DNA from: Tubiluchus corallicola
Taxonomy: Eukaryota; Animalia; Priapulida
Assembly: GCA_030141605.1 (NCBI GenBank)
Contig: JAQGDQ010002409.1
Span: 1-64,000 of the forward strand
Direction: 5' to 3'
DNA length: 64,000 nt
Shown: positions 54,774 to 64,000 of the stretch, piece by piece
How positions within the stretch are numbered: the first letter of the stretch is position 1
How the letters are laid out: each line of letters opens with the position of its first letter
Program-made: the position numbers and the translations under genes
Notes under the pieces: generated by a model
The model's input: the letters and a program-made list of their open reading frames with translations, nothing else
Database searches by the model: none
What the model was told of the DNA's origin: nothing

Positions 54774-56034
54774 TTTTTATATTAAAAGTTCTTTGTAGTG
54801 CAGAGCCAATATTAAATAGCTCTGAAGGTTTGGCAACTTGCCTTAAATTTTGCATTATTATTTTGATGATTTTATCGGAATGATTTTTTATTAGTTTTTC
54901 TACAATTTGTTTTTGCGTGTCTGTCATATTTCTCAAGTCAGGCTCGTAAGTATGTAGAGTTGTCTCTACCATATTATCAAATTCTATTTTTAGTTTTTTC
55001 ATTACAGGTACTACTGTTTGCAGATTGTACCATTCATAGTATTCTTCAAATATTTGGTCAATTATTTTTTCTACTTTATCGGTTTCTGCCTTACGGCGTA
55101 GTAGGTTCTTATCTATCAGCCGTTCGAAATCATCCATAGAGTATAATTCCACATTGTTTAATGTATTTATATGTGGATCTATGTTGCGAGGTACTGCAAT
55201 GTCTATAAAATAGGTTTTTTTGTGTTTTGTAGAAATATTTTGTAGATGTTTTTTGTTGATGATGTATGTTTTTGAACCGGTAGCCGTAACAACTACATCG
55301 AAGTTGTTTAACTGTTCTATTATATTATCAAACTGAAAAACACATCCCCCGTAGGTTTTTGCCAATTTTTGTGTTTTTTCTTCTGTTCTGTTTGCAAAGC
55401 AAAGCTCTGATTTTACAAATGTTTTAAGGATATTCTTTATTACTACTTTTGATATTTTACCTGCTCCTATTAGTAATATTTTTACTTTTTGTTGAGGGGT
55501 GAAAAAATCTTTGAGTAGTTCTGCAACTATCGAGCCAATAGATACAGCTCCATCGCTAAGGTTGGTTTTGGAACGTGATTTTTTGCCTGCTTGTATAGCT
55601 GTTTGAAACAGTTTATTAAGCAAAATATCAACAGTGCTGCTTTTTTCTGCTATGTGGTAAGCTGTTTTTACTTGTCCTTGTATTTCAAATTCGCCTACCA
55701 CCATAGAATTTAACCCTGCTACTACTTTAAAAAGGTGCTTTACTGCTGAATGACAGTGTTTTTTATATAGATATCCTTTTAGTTCTTGATGAGAGATACT
55801 GTGATAATCTGCTATAAAGTCTATAATGTTTTTTATGCCTTGCTCTTTGTCTTTTGCTGATGCATATACTTCTACTCTGTTGCACGTAGATATGATTACT
55901 GCCCCTTGTATCTCTTTATATTTTGATACAAGTTTTTTGAGTGCTTGAGGCAATATATTTTCTGAAAAATGTATTTTTTCTCTTACTTCTACTGATGCTT
56001 TGTTGTGATTAAGTCCTACTAATATAGTGTGCAT
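54748..56034 (-). CDS. hemA: Glutamyl-tRNA reductase
   Basis: 'VGLNH', 'STCNRVE', 'SMVVGE..I.GQVK', 'IGAGKI', 'DIAVPRNI'. Confidence 0.95.
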   Translation of the reverse strand: MHTILVGLNHNKASVEVREKIHFSENILPQALKKLVSKYKEIQGAVIISTCNRVEVYASAKDKEQGIKNIIDFIADYHSISHQELKGYLYKKHCHSAVKHLFKVVAGLNSMVVGEFEIQGQVKTAYHIAEKSSTVDILLNKLFQTAIQAGKKSRSKTNLSDGAVSIGSIVAELLKDFFTPQQKVKILLIGAGKISKVVIKNILKTFVKSELCFANRTEEKTQKLAKTYGGCVFQFDNIIEQLNNFDVVVTATGSKTYIINKKHLQNISTKHKKTYFIDIAVPRNIDPHINTLNNVELYSMDDFERLIDKNLLRRKAETDKVEKIIDQIFEEYYEWYNLQTVVPVMKKLKIEFDNMVETTLHTYEPDLRNMTDTQKQIVEKLIKNHSDKIIKIIMQNLRQVAKPSELFNIGSALQRTFNIKIDDELSAN

Positions 56035-56050
56035 TCTGCTTAGACTGTTC

Positions 56051-56923
56051 TTATACTATTTTATAGTTTTTATATTCTCCTAACTGAAATCCAAAATATT
56101 TTTCTGTGAAAAGTTTTATTTTGTCTTTAAATGTAAACACATTTTGCTTGGGGTTGTGTTCAAATTTCCAAGAAACATTTGCTATCCTTTTTCTCATTAC
56201 TTTAGGGTGTGTTTCTTCAAATTTGTAAAGAGCATTCACATTATTCGTATATTGAAAATCATTTTTACTGTATATGTTCTTTTCCATCCACTTGTCATCG
56301 TGATAGAGTTTACTCATAGAGTTTATTTTTCCTTGCATTGCTTTAGGTTTTCTCACATAGCCGTAGTGGTATATGTATGCATCTATTGGTTTTACATTTA
56401 ACTTTTTGTCGTTGTCTTTTCTAAATCCCTGTGCATCTTTGTATGAATATATGTTTTTGTTGTTTCGTATTACTCTTATTTCTTTTCTATACCAATGAGT
56501 TGATGCTCCTACATAGTTGTACGCACCATAAAAGTGCAAATATTTAAAAAGCAGCCCATCTACTCTGGAGTTGTTTTTGTATTTCTCCATTGCAGATTTT
56601 ATAGTATCTAAGTATTTTTCGTGAACTACCTCATCGCCCTGTATGTAGAATGCCCAATTGGCATCATCTGCTATTTCTTTAAATGCTTTATCTGTCTCTA
56701 ATGCCAATGTGTGCCCACCTTCTCTAATACTATCGTCCCAAATAGTTTCTATAACTCTTATTTTAGGGTCTATTTTTTTTATTATATCCAAAGTATTATC
56801 ATTGGACTTACCCACTGCTATTACAAAATCATCGCAAATAGGAAGGATGGATTTGATAGCCTCTTCTGTAGGGTAGTCCAGATTTTGCATATTGCGAACA
56901 AATGAAAAACCTGCTACTTTCAT
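56051..56923 (-). CDS. GT2-like glycosyltransferase
   Basis: 'SILPICD..VIAVG.S.DNT', 'YIQGDEV', 'YHYGYV'. Confidence 0.8.
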   Translation of the reverse strand: MKVAGFSFVRNMQNLDYPTEEAIKSILPICDDFVIAVGKSNDNTLDIIKKIDPKIRVIETIWDDSIREGGHTLALETDKAFKEIADDANWAFYIQGDEVVHEKYLDTIKSAMEKYKNNSRVDGLLFKYLHFYGAYNYVGASTHWYRKEIRVIRNNKNIYSYKDAQGFRKDNDKKLNVKPIDAYIYHYGYVRKPKAMQGKINSMSKLYHDDKWMEKNIYSKNDFQYTNNVNALYKFEETHPKVMRKRIANVSWKFEHNPKQNVFTFKDKIKLFTEKYFGFQLGEYKNYKIV

Positions 56924-56936
56924 ATTTTATTTATAG

Positions 56937-56963
56937 TAAAGCCAAGGTATTGCCTTGGCTTTA
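56937..56963 (-). terminator. 11-bp hairpin downstream of asmA-like gene
   Basis: TAAAGCCAAGG-TATTG-CCTTGGCTTTA between two co-directional genes; terminator or mRNA-processing stem. Confidence 0.65.
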
Positions 56964-56983
56964 AATGTTATGTTATGTTCTTC

Positions 56984-59653
56984 CTAAAATCCAAATCCTT
57001 TTATAAAGCCTTTGGCTTTGTTTTCAAGTTCTTTCTCTAATTTTTTCTTTTCTTCGTTGGTTTTCTTTTTAATCTCTTCTTCTACCTTTTTCTTTAATTC
57101 TTCCTCTGCTTTTTTCACTTCCTCTTTTATTAGTTTTTCCGCTGCTCCTTTAGCTGTATTAACTATTGTTTCCTTGGCTTCATTTAAATCAGGAGATACC
57201 TTAGGACTATCCAATGTTCCCGTTATTTTTATAGTTACAGGTAAGTTTTCAGGTCTCACGGAGCTTGGTACTTGTTTTAGTGCGTTGCTAATTTCAGAGC
57301 CTAACTCTTCTACTGGCACATTCATCTTTATTCTATAATCTATGTTTCCATCAAGACCTTGTTTCCCCCAGAATGTTGCTTGTCTTCCTGCTATATTTGT
57401 CATAAAAGGTTTCACTTCTAAATTGCCATCTTTTATTGCATACTCTATATGCAAATTAGATATACTCAATCTTTTATACTCATTGTTTTTAAGCAGATCT
57501 GCTAGTTTATTGAATGCATCTGTTCCTTCTATCAACACGTCTTTTGATGTTAAAGAGCCTTCGGCATTAATAGTCTTCATAACAGGTGTTAGCTCAGAGT
57601 CCAAATCGCTACGATATTTAAGTTTAGTTGAAACCTTACCTTGTGTGTTGAGTGCTATTGGCACCATTTTCTCCACTATGCTAAACGAATTATAAGTATC
57701 TTTAAGGTCAATATTAGAAGCGTTGAAATCAAAGTTCATTTTGGGTTTTTTAGGATTTTGGGTACTAAAACTACCTGTAGCTACCATACTGCCTTGCAAT
57801 AAGTTCATTTTAAAATTATTAATTCTGGCGACACCATCTTTAAGTGTAAGTTTTCCATAAGTGTTTGTTATAAGCAATTTGTCATAGAGTATTTTATCTA
57901 TGTTGGTTTGGAATGTGATATCTAAATTTCGAGGTATTTCTATTAGTTCTTCATCGCTTACTGGTGGTAAAGGTTTCTCTTCTGTTTTTGCGTCAGTAGT
58001 AATTTTTCTTTCTTCTGTTTCTTCTTCATCGCTTAAGAATTCATTAATATCTATATTTTTGGAGTTGAGCCTTAAATCACCACGTAAAGTAGCATCACTT
58101 AATGCATAAGGAATATAGTTTTCTACTTTTCCATAAAGTTTAAAATCGCTTTTGCCCACATAGGAATCAAAGTCTTTTAATTCTAAATATTGTGATGTAA
58201 ACATTAACCACGAATTCTTAATGGTTACCCCTTGCGGTAAGCTGGAGCTTGTAAAGTTAAAATCAGTAAGTTTAACATCCCCTGTTACAACAAATTTTTC
58301 ATATTGTTTTTTTTCTGCATAGGACAATTTGCCATCGAATGATATATCAGCTCCTATTTTTCCATCTATTACCATATCTTCTAAGTGTATAGCTTTTTTG
58401 AGATTTGCAAGATTTATATTGCCTTTTAGCCCTCCTTTTATTTGAGGATCACTTATTGGGGTTTTTACTAGTAGATTTGCTCCAAATTGATTATCAATAA
58501 TAGACATATTAAACTTAGATAAATCCACTATAGTATAATCTAAGTCACCTCCCTTATTATTCACTTTTAAGTCTATGTTGATATTTTTCACTGCTTCGGG
58601 TAGGTCAGGGTATTGTATTTCGGCATCTGCAACGTTTAGCTCTATGCCAAAAGCAGGGTATTCTTCTTCTTTATACACTCCTTTCGCATAACCATTAAGA
58701 GCAAGGGTGCCGGAAGTTTTAATATTTTCAAAATCTTTGGAATACATTGCAGGTATAAATGAAAGTAGGGTTTTGAAAGTAGTTTGTTTGGTTTGGAAGG
58801 TGATATTCATATCATAACCTTCTTCCAACATTGCGAACTGTCCATCAAAACCAAGTGATAGGGCATTGAGATCTATGGTGTTTTCTCTAAATGTAAATGC
58901 CATATTGTCTAGGTCAGCACTAATATCTGCCTTCATATTCAAGGCTACATTATTAGCATATTTTACATCTCCCATCAAAAAAAGGATGTTGTTTATACTT
59001 GATTCTACTAGCAAATTGGTTTCATTAGCAGAAAAATCGCCTTTTATAAGTAAATTAAAATTTTCAAGATTGGCATATATATCAGATACTTGGTCGTTGT
59101 AGGTAATATTTGCATTTTTAATTATAAATTCGTTCAGTGCTATGGAAAATCCAGAATCGTCAACATCTTTTGTCTTTTTTTCTTCTATTTCTCCTTCTTC
59201 AATCGCAGAAGGAGATGCAGTAGAGGTTTGTTCTGTTTCCTTAGTTATATCCCAGTTGGCTTTACCATCTTTTAACACATTAGCATAAATAATAGGTTCA
59301 TCCAATGTGATAGTTTTTATATTTATTTGCCCTCCATTTATCACACTCATTAAGTCTACTGACAATGCAAATAATTCTAAAGACAATAGAGTATCTCCTT
59401 CAAATTCGTCAATGCCAGTAACTATAAGCCTTTCTAAATCGATGGTAAAGTCAGGAAAATTTCTAAACAATGTTAAACTAAAATCCTCAAATTCTACTTT
59501 TGCGTTTACATTTTTATTGATAATAACTTCTACTTTACTAAGTATCTCATCCTTAAATATCATTGGCACAAATATCAATGCTGATGTCAGCAATAATATT
59601 ATCACAACAATAACTATAAATATTTTTTTTACCACTTTTATTATTTTTTTCAT
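56984..59653 (-). CDS. AsmA family protein
   Basis: N-terminal TM anchor, 'FPDFTI', 'DGKANWDI', repeated beta-rich segments, C-terminal 'ITGTLDSPKV'. Confidence 0.85.
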   Translation of the reverse strand: MKKIIKVVKKIFIVIVVIILLLTSALIFVPMIFKDEILSKVEVIINKNVNAKVEFEDFSLTLFRNFPDFTIDLERLIVTGIDEFEGDTLLSLELFALSVDLMSVINGGQINIKTITLDEPIIYANVLKDGKANWDITKETEQTSTASPSAIEEGEIEEKKTKDVDDSGFSIALNEFIIKNANITYNDQVSDIYANLENFNLLIKGDFSANETNLLVESSINNILFLMGDVKYANNVALNMKADISADLDNMAFTFRENTIDLNALSLGFDGQFAMLEEGYDMNITFQTKQTTFKTLLSFIPAMYSKDFENIKTSGTLALNGYAKGVYKEEEYPAFGIELNVADAEIQYPDLPEAVKNINIDLKVNNKGGDLDYTIVDLSKFNMSIIDNQFGANLLVKTPISDPQIKGGLKGNINLANLKKAIHLEDMVIDGKIGADISFDGKLSYAEKKQYEKFVVTGDVKLTDFNFTSSSLPQGVTIKNSWLMFTSQYLELKDFDSYVGKSDFKLYGKVENYIPYALSDATLRGDLRLNSKNIDINEFLSDEEETEERKITTDAKTEEKPLPPVSDEELIEIPRNLDITFQTNIDKILYDKLLITNTYGKLTLKDGVARINNFKMNLLQGSMVATGSFSTQNPKKPKMNFDFNASNIDLKDTYNSFSIVEKMVPIALNTQGKVSTKLKYRSDLDSELTPVMKTINAEGSLTSKDVLIEGTDAFNKLADLLKNNEYKRLSISNLHIEYAIKDGNLEVKPFMTNIAGRQATFWGKQGLDGNIDYRIKMNVPVEELGSEISNALKQVPSSVRPENLPVTIKITGTLDSPKVSPDLNEAKETIVNTAKGAAEKLIKEEVKKAEEELKKKVEEEIKKKTNEEKKKLEKELENKAKGFIKGFGF

Positions 59654-59665
59654 TTTTGTTTTTGT

Positions 59666-61177
59666 TTAAAAAGGTATATTTTCTTCTTTTTCAAAGTTGG
59701 AGTTTCTTTGCATATCTGTTGGTGCAAGAGGTGTATTATTCTCCATATCCTGATTCATTTTAGAAGATATATTTTCTCCCAAAAAATTACTATTATCATC
59801 TTCTAAATTTCCAAATTTAGCCAGCTCATTGTAAAAGCGTAATTTTACATCGCCCGTTGCACCATTTCTGTGTTTGGCTATGATAATATCTGCCATACCT
59901 ATAGTTGAATTTCCTTCCTCATCTTCGGTAATACCATATCTTTCTGGGCGGTGGATGAATAGCACGAGGTCTGCATCTTGCTCAATAGCGCCGGATTCTC
60001 TAAGGTCAGAAAGTTGAGGTCGTTTGCCATCTATCCCCGACCTACTTTCTAAGGAGCGGTTGAGCTGTGATAGTGCTATTACGGGAATATCTAGTTCTTT
60101 GGCAAGTCCTTTTAATGAACGTGATATCATACTTACTTCTTGCTCTCTACTTCCAACTCTTGAGGTTATTGTCATTAATTGTAAGTAATCTATTATAATC
60201 GCTTTTACATCGTATCTTAATTTTAACCTACGACATTTGGCTCGTAGTTCAAAGATAGAAAGACTGGGGGTGTCATCAATATAAATAGGAGCATTGCTCA
60301 ATTGCTCTGTTTTAGTCATTAGCTGTTCCCATTCATATGGTTGTAAATTTCCACTTTTTATTTTGCTAGATTCTATTTGAGTTTCACTGGATATAAGACG
60401 ATTGACGAGTTGAATGTTTGACATCTCTAATGAGAAGAGAGCTACGGGCTCGTTGTGTTGCACTGCCATATTCCGTGCCATTGATAATATAAATGCTGTT
60501 TTTCCCATAGAAGGACGGGCTGCAATAATAACAAGGTCAGACTTTTGCCAACCTAAAGTCATTTTGTCTAATGAGTAGAAGCCTGAGGCGGTGCCATTGA
60601 ACTGTCCATCTTCTTTGCCTGCTTTTTCTATTAGGTTGATGGCTTCTTTCATTATAGGGTTGATGTGTGCTACCTCTTTTCGTATATTGCCATCGGAGAT
60701 TTCAAAGAGAGCTGCTTCTGACTCGTCTAAAAGATCTTCTACATCTATACTATCGTCATATGCTTTGGTTTGTATCTCAGAGGAGGTTTTAATCAATTCG
60801 CGCTGAATGTGTTTTTGGGCAATTATCTTAGCGTGGTATTCTATATGTGCTGCTGAGGCTACATTATTAGTCAATTGGGTAATATAAGCCACACCTCCTG
60901 CTGCGTCTAAGTCATCATTTCTTTTTAATTGCTCTACTACAGTAAGAAGGTCTATGGGGCGTTCTTCGGAATTGAGGACTACAATAGCTTTGTATATCTT
61001 CTGATGGGGTTCGCTATAAAAGCTTTCTGGTTTTAGTAAGTCCCCCACATCTAAAATAACTCCTTTTTCAAGCATCAAGGCTCCTAATACAGCTTGCTCA
61101 ATATCCACTGCTTGAGGCGGAATTTTACCTTCAGGAGGTACTATGGAAGTTGTTTTTCTCGTATTTCTTGGAGGCAT
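59666..61177 (-). CDS. dnaB: Replicative DNA helicase
   Basis: 'PPQAVDIEQAVLG', 'AARPSMGKT', 'IDYLQL', 'SQLNR', 'DLRESGAIEQDAD'; no intein. -7 box at 61220-61227. Confidence 0.97.
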   Translation of the reverse strand: MPPRNTRKTTSIVPPEGKIPPQAVDIEQAVLGALMLEKGVILDVGDLLKPESFYSEPHQKIYKAIVVLNSEERPIDLLTVVEQLKRNDDLDAAGGVAYITQLTNNVASAAHIEYHAKIIAQKHIQRELIKTSSEIQTKAYDDSIDVEDLLDESEAALFEISDGNIRKEVAHINPIMKEAINLIEKAGKEDGQFNGTASGFYSLDKMTLGWQKSDLVIIAARPSMGKTAFILSMARNMAVQHNEPVALFSLEMSNIQLVNRLISSETQIESSKIKSGNLQPYEWEQLMTKTEQLSNAPIYIDDTPSLSIFELRAKCRRLKLRYDVKAIIIDYLQLMTITSRVGSREQEVSMISRSLKGLAKELDIPVIALSQLNRSLESRSGIDGKRPQLSDLRESGAIEQDADLVLFIHRPERYGITEDEEGNSTIGMADIIIAKHRNGATGDVKLRFYNELAKFGNLEDDNSNFLGENISSKMNQDMENNTPLAPTDMQRNSNFEKEENIPF

Positions 61178-61439
61178 TATCTATTTTCCTTATTAAAGAA
61201 GTCTAATCTGTATTTTCTACAAATTTAATAATATAATTTAAACTAAAAATTGAAAATTATGGATGTAGTAAATTCTGTTCCCTAATCAATTTATCTAATA
61301 GTATGTTGAGGGTAAAGAACACATTAATAGTTGTTGGCTTAAAAGAGTATTATTACAGTAATTAACTAAGCCAATACATAAGAAAAACAATATTTCTACT
61401 GCACAACAGAAGGAAACAAAACAATTTGAAAGCCGTTGG

Positions 61440-63641
61440 CTATTTTTCTAAAAAGAAAGAGTCGGATAATACATTTACAGAATTTCCTCCTACAAATATC
61501 TGGAATTCTCCTGTTTCGCTACCCCAAGTCATATCTTGTCTGTAAAAAGACAGGTCTTCTTCTGTTATAGAAAATGTTACATTTTTGCTTTCTCCTTTTT
61601 TGATAAATTCTTTTTTAAAGTTTTTAAGTTCTTTTACGGGACGGGTTACGCTACCTACCAAATCTCTTAGGTATAATTGTATTATTTCTGTTCCATCGTA
61701 ATTGCCTACATTTTGTATTTCTACACTTATAGTTAATGTTTCTCCTTTTTTAAGAGTATTAGAGTTTAGTTTAATATTATCATATTTAAAGTTTGTATAA
61801 CTTAAGCCCCAGCCAAAGGGGTAAAGAGGCGTATTGTCAACATCCAAATATTTACTTGTATATTTTTCATTAACATTCATAGGTCTACCCGTGTTTTTCA
61901 TATCATAATGGATAGGTACTTGCCCTAAGTTTCGAGGAAAGGTTACAGGAAGTTTGCCCGAAGGGTTGTATTTTCCTATAATAACATCGGCAATAGCATC
62001 TCCTGTTGTTGTTCCAAGAAACCACGTTTCAAGAATAGCTTCAACCAAGTTGTCTTCCTCTTCCAATGCCAAAGGTCGCCCATTCATCAAAACTAAGATG
62101 ATAGGTTTTCTTGTTTTTTTCAATTCTTTGAGTAGCTCTGTTTGAACTCCCGGCAGGTTTATATTAGAACGGCTTGCGGCTTCTCCACTCATATGACGCG
62201 ACTCTCCAAGTGCAAGGATAATGACCTCTGATTGTCGTGCTATTTTTACTGCTTCATCAAAACCTGTTTTGTCCTTAGAGTTGATATCGCACCCTTTCGC
62301 ATATTTAATATTCATTACTTTTTCTAAGCCTTCTTTTAAGGTAATTGCTTTTTTCCAATCACCTGCTGCAGACCACGAGCCTATTAAACTTTCTCTATTA
62401 TTTGCCAAAGGACCAATTAGTGCCACAGAAGTATTTTTTTTCAATGGCAAGATATTTTTTTCGTTTTTGAGCAATACTATTGACTTATTTGCTACTTCAC
62501 GTGCAATTTCTAGATGTTCTTTACTCATTACTAGCTTCTTTTCTCTTTCTTCGTTACAATATCTATAAGGGTCTTCAAACAATCCTAATTCATATTTTTT
62601 TTGTAAAATCCTATATACAGCATCATTTATATCTTCTATTTTTATTTTTCCTTCTTCAACTAATTCCTTCAAATATCTATTGTAAACATTGCCTTGCATA
62701 TCCATATCTACTCCGGCATTTAGTGCCAGTTCTCCTGCATGTTTTTCACCCGCAGCATACCCGTGAGGTACCATCTCGTTGATGGAGGTATAGTCTGTAA
62801 CCACAAAGCCTGAAAAGTTCCATTCATTTTTTAATATATCTTTCAATAAGTAGTTGCTTCCAGTGGCAGGCACGCCATCTAGTTCATTAAAAGAAGTCAT
62901 AAAAGTTGCAACATCTTCATCTATACAAGCCTTAAAGGGAGGAAGATAAGTTTCTCTTAATACCCTTTCTGATATATCTACTGTATGATAATCTCTGCCT
63001 GCTTGTGCAGCTCCATAGGCAGCGTAGTGTTTTGCACAGGCTAATATGGTGTTTTCTTTGGATAGGTCGTTTCCTTGAAAGCCTCTTACTCTGGCTTTTG
63101 CAATTTGACTTCCTAAATAAACATCTTCGCCTGCTCCTTCTGAAATTCTTCCCCAGCGGGGGTCTTTTGCTACATCTACCATAGGGGCAAATGTCCAATG
63201 AATTCCTTCTGCTGATGCTTCTACTGCTGCAACTCGTGCTGCTTGCTCTATGGCTTCTAAATCCCAAGAGGCACTTTCTCCTAAACTTATAGGAAATATA
63301 GTTCTATGTCCGTGGATTACGTCATATCCAAAAATAAGAGGAATGCCTAAACGTGATTCTTCTACTGCCAGTTTTTGCAAATCTCTTGTATAATTAGCTG
63401 TATAAGCATTGAATATAGCCCCTACCCTACCATTTTTAATGTCCTCTTTGTAGTTTTCTCTCATAGTAGGTCCCGTAACATCCCAATCGCTTGTAAAGAG
63501 AGACAGTTGTCCTATCTTTTCTTCTAAGGTCATTTTAGCTATCAGTTTGGTTATATCAGAATGATAAGAAGACTTTTCCTGAACACCGCAAGCAAGCACA
63601 ACAACTACTATTAAAAAATTTATGATAACTATTTTTTTCAT
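61440..63641 (-). CDS. bglX: GH3 beta-glucosidase BglX (lipoprotein)
   Basis: Internal ATG 63641 starts signal 'MKKIVIINFLIVVVVLAC'. Motifs 'MTLEEKIGQL', 'DVIHG', 'RWGR', 'KHYA', 'TDY', 'GEAASR'. Confidence 0.93.
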   Translation of the reverse strand: MKKIVIINFLIVVVVLACGVQEKSSYHSDITKLIAKMTLEEKIGQLSLFTSDWDVTGPTMRENYKEDIKNGRVGAIFNAYTANYTRDLQKLAVEESRLGIPLIFGYDVIHGHRTIFPISLGESASWDLEAIEQAARVAAVEASAEGIHWTFAPMVDVAKDPRWGRISEGAGEDVYLGSQIAKARVRGFQGNDLSKENTILACAKHYAAYGAAQAGRDYHTVDISERVLRETYLPPFKACIDEDVATFMTSFNELDGVPATGSNYLLKDILKNEWNFSGFVVTDYTSINEMVPHGYAAGEKHAGELALNAGVDMDMQGNVYNRYLKELVEEGKIKIEDINDAVYRILQKKYELGLFEDPYRYCNEEREKKLVMSKEHLEIAREVANKSIVLLKNEKNILPLKKNTSVALIGPLANNRESLIGSWSAAGDWKKAITLKEGLEKVMNIKYAKGCDINSKDKTGFDEAVKIARQSEVIILALGESRHMSGEAASRSNINLPGVQTELLKELKKTRKPIILVLMNGRPLALEEEDNLVEAILETWFLGTTTGDAIADVIIGKYNPSGKLPVTFPRNLGQVPIHYDMKNTGRPMNVNEKYTSKYLDVDNTPLYPFGWGLSYTNFKYDNIKLNSNTLKKGETLTISVEIQNVGNYDGTEIIQLYLRDLVGSVTRPVKELKNFKKEFIKKGESKNVTFSITEEDLSFYRQDMTWGSETGEFQIFVGGNSVNVLSDSFFLEK

Positions 63642-64000
63642 CTCATCTTTTATATTAAAATGCGTTTTAATTAATTTTAAGTTTAACTTATTAATTCCTT
63701 TTTGTATATCAGGAATGTTCATAAACAATCTCCACAACAATTGTGTTCTGTAATTTTCAATCATTACTACAATAGGTCCTTGGTCAATAGCCAAATAAGC
63801 AGGTGCATACCAGTTTTGTTTTAGATTAAAACCATCTCTAAAACCATAATCGTTCCAAAGGCTATCTTTATGATTATTCCACAAGTAACGCATAAAAGCG
63901 ATAGATTCCTTAGGGGTATAAACTATAGAAGATATAGCTGCAGTAGTTGTTATCGTTCCATTATCAGCATCTATACGGGGGGCGTGTCCCATATAACCTC
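63642..64000 (-). CDS. C-terminus of GH144-like (endo-beta-1,2-glucanase / glucoamylase-like) protein, in frame with bglX; truncated by window edge
   Basis: 'GYMGHAP', 'DNGTI...AAISS', 'YGFRDGF', 'YLAIDQGPIVVMIENYR..LLW.LFM'. No stop before the bglX ATG. Confidence 0.85.

Noticed and set aside
61178-61439. Intergenic region between dnaB and bglX as possible ncRNA
   Set aside because: Only a -7 box and a weak 'GTTGGCTTA...TAAGCCAAT' inverted repeat with a long loop; not enough to support a call.

Overview
AT-rich chromosomal segment of a Bacteroidota bacterium, probably Bacteroidales/Marinilabiliales-like. The assignment rests on SusC/SusD, a T9SS C-terminal domain and TAnnTTTG -7 promoter boxes upstream of many genes. 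1-18.7 kb is a polysaccharide utilisation locus: T9SS-secreted repeat protein, SusC, SusD, esterase, GH2 beta-mannosidase, four Cys-type S1 sulfatases and one large secreted protein of unknown function, pointing to a sulfated mannose-containing glycan. The rest is mostly housekeeping: ruvC, hemH, thiSG, ligA, folE, znuAC, lnb-like DUF4105, gyrA, men genes, metY-metX-hom-like, yebC, purF-like, clpC, hemAE, asmA-like, dnaB. A clear XerCD dif site lies at 28526-28553, so this is probably the chromosome terminus, yet the base-composition polarity of the flanks looks inverted or mosaic relative to it. Gene decay is visible: a methyltransferase pseudogene, a galactofuranose glycosylation locus broken at homopolymers, and full-length homoserine dehydrogenase-like and FAH-like ORFs lacking catalytic motifs. 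The window ends with a GH144-like glucanase reading in frame, with no stop, into a GH3 beta-glucosidase lipoprotein. No rRNA, tRNA, CRISPR array or transposase was recognised. All family calls are by motif recognition, not database search.
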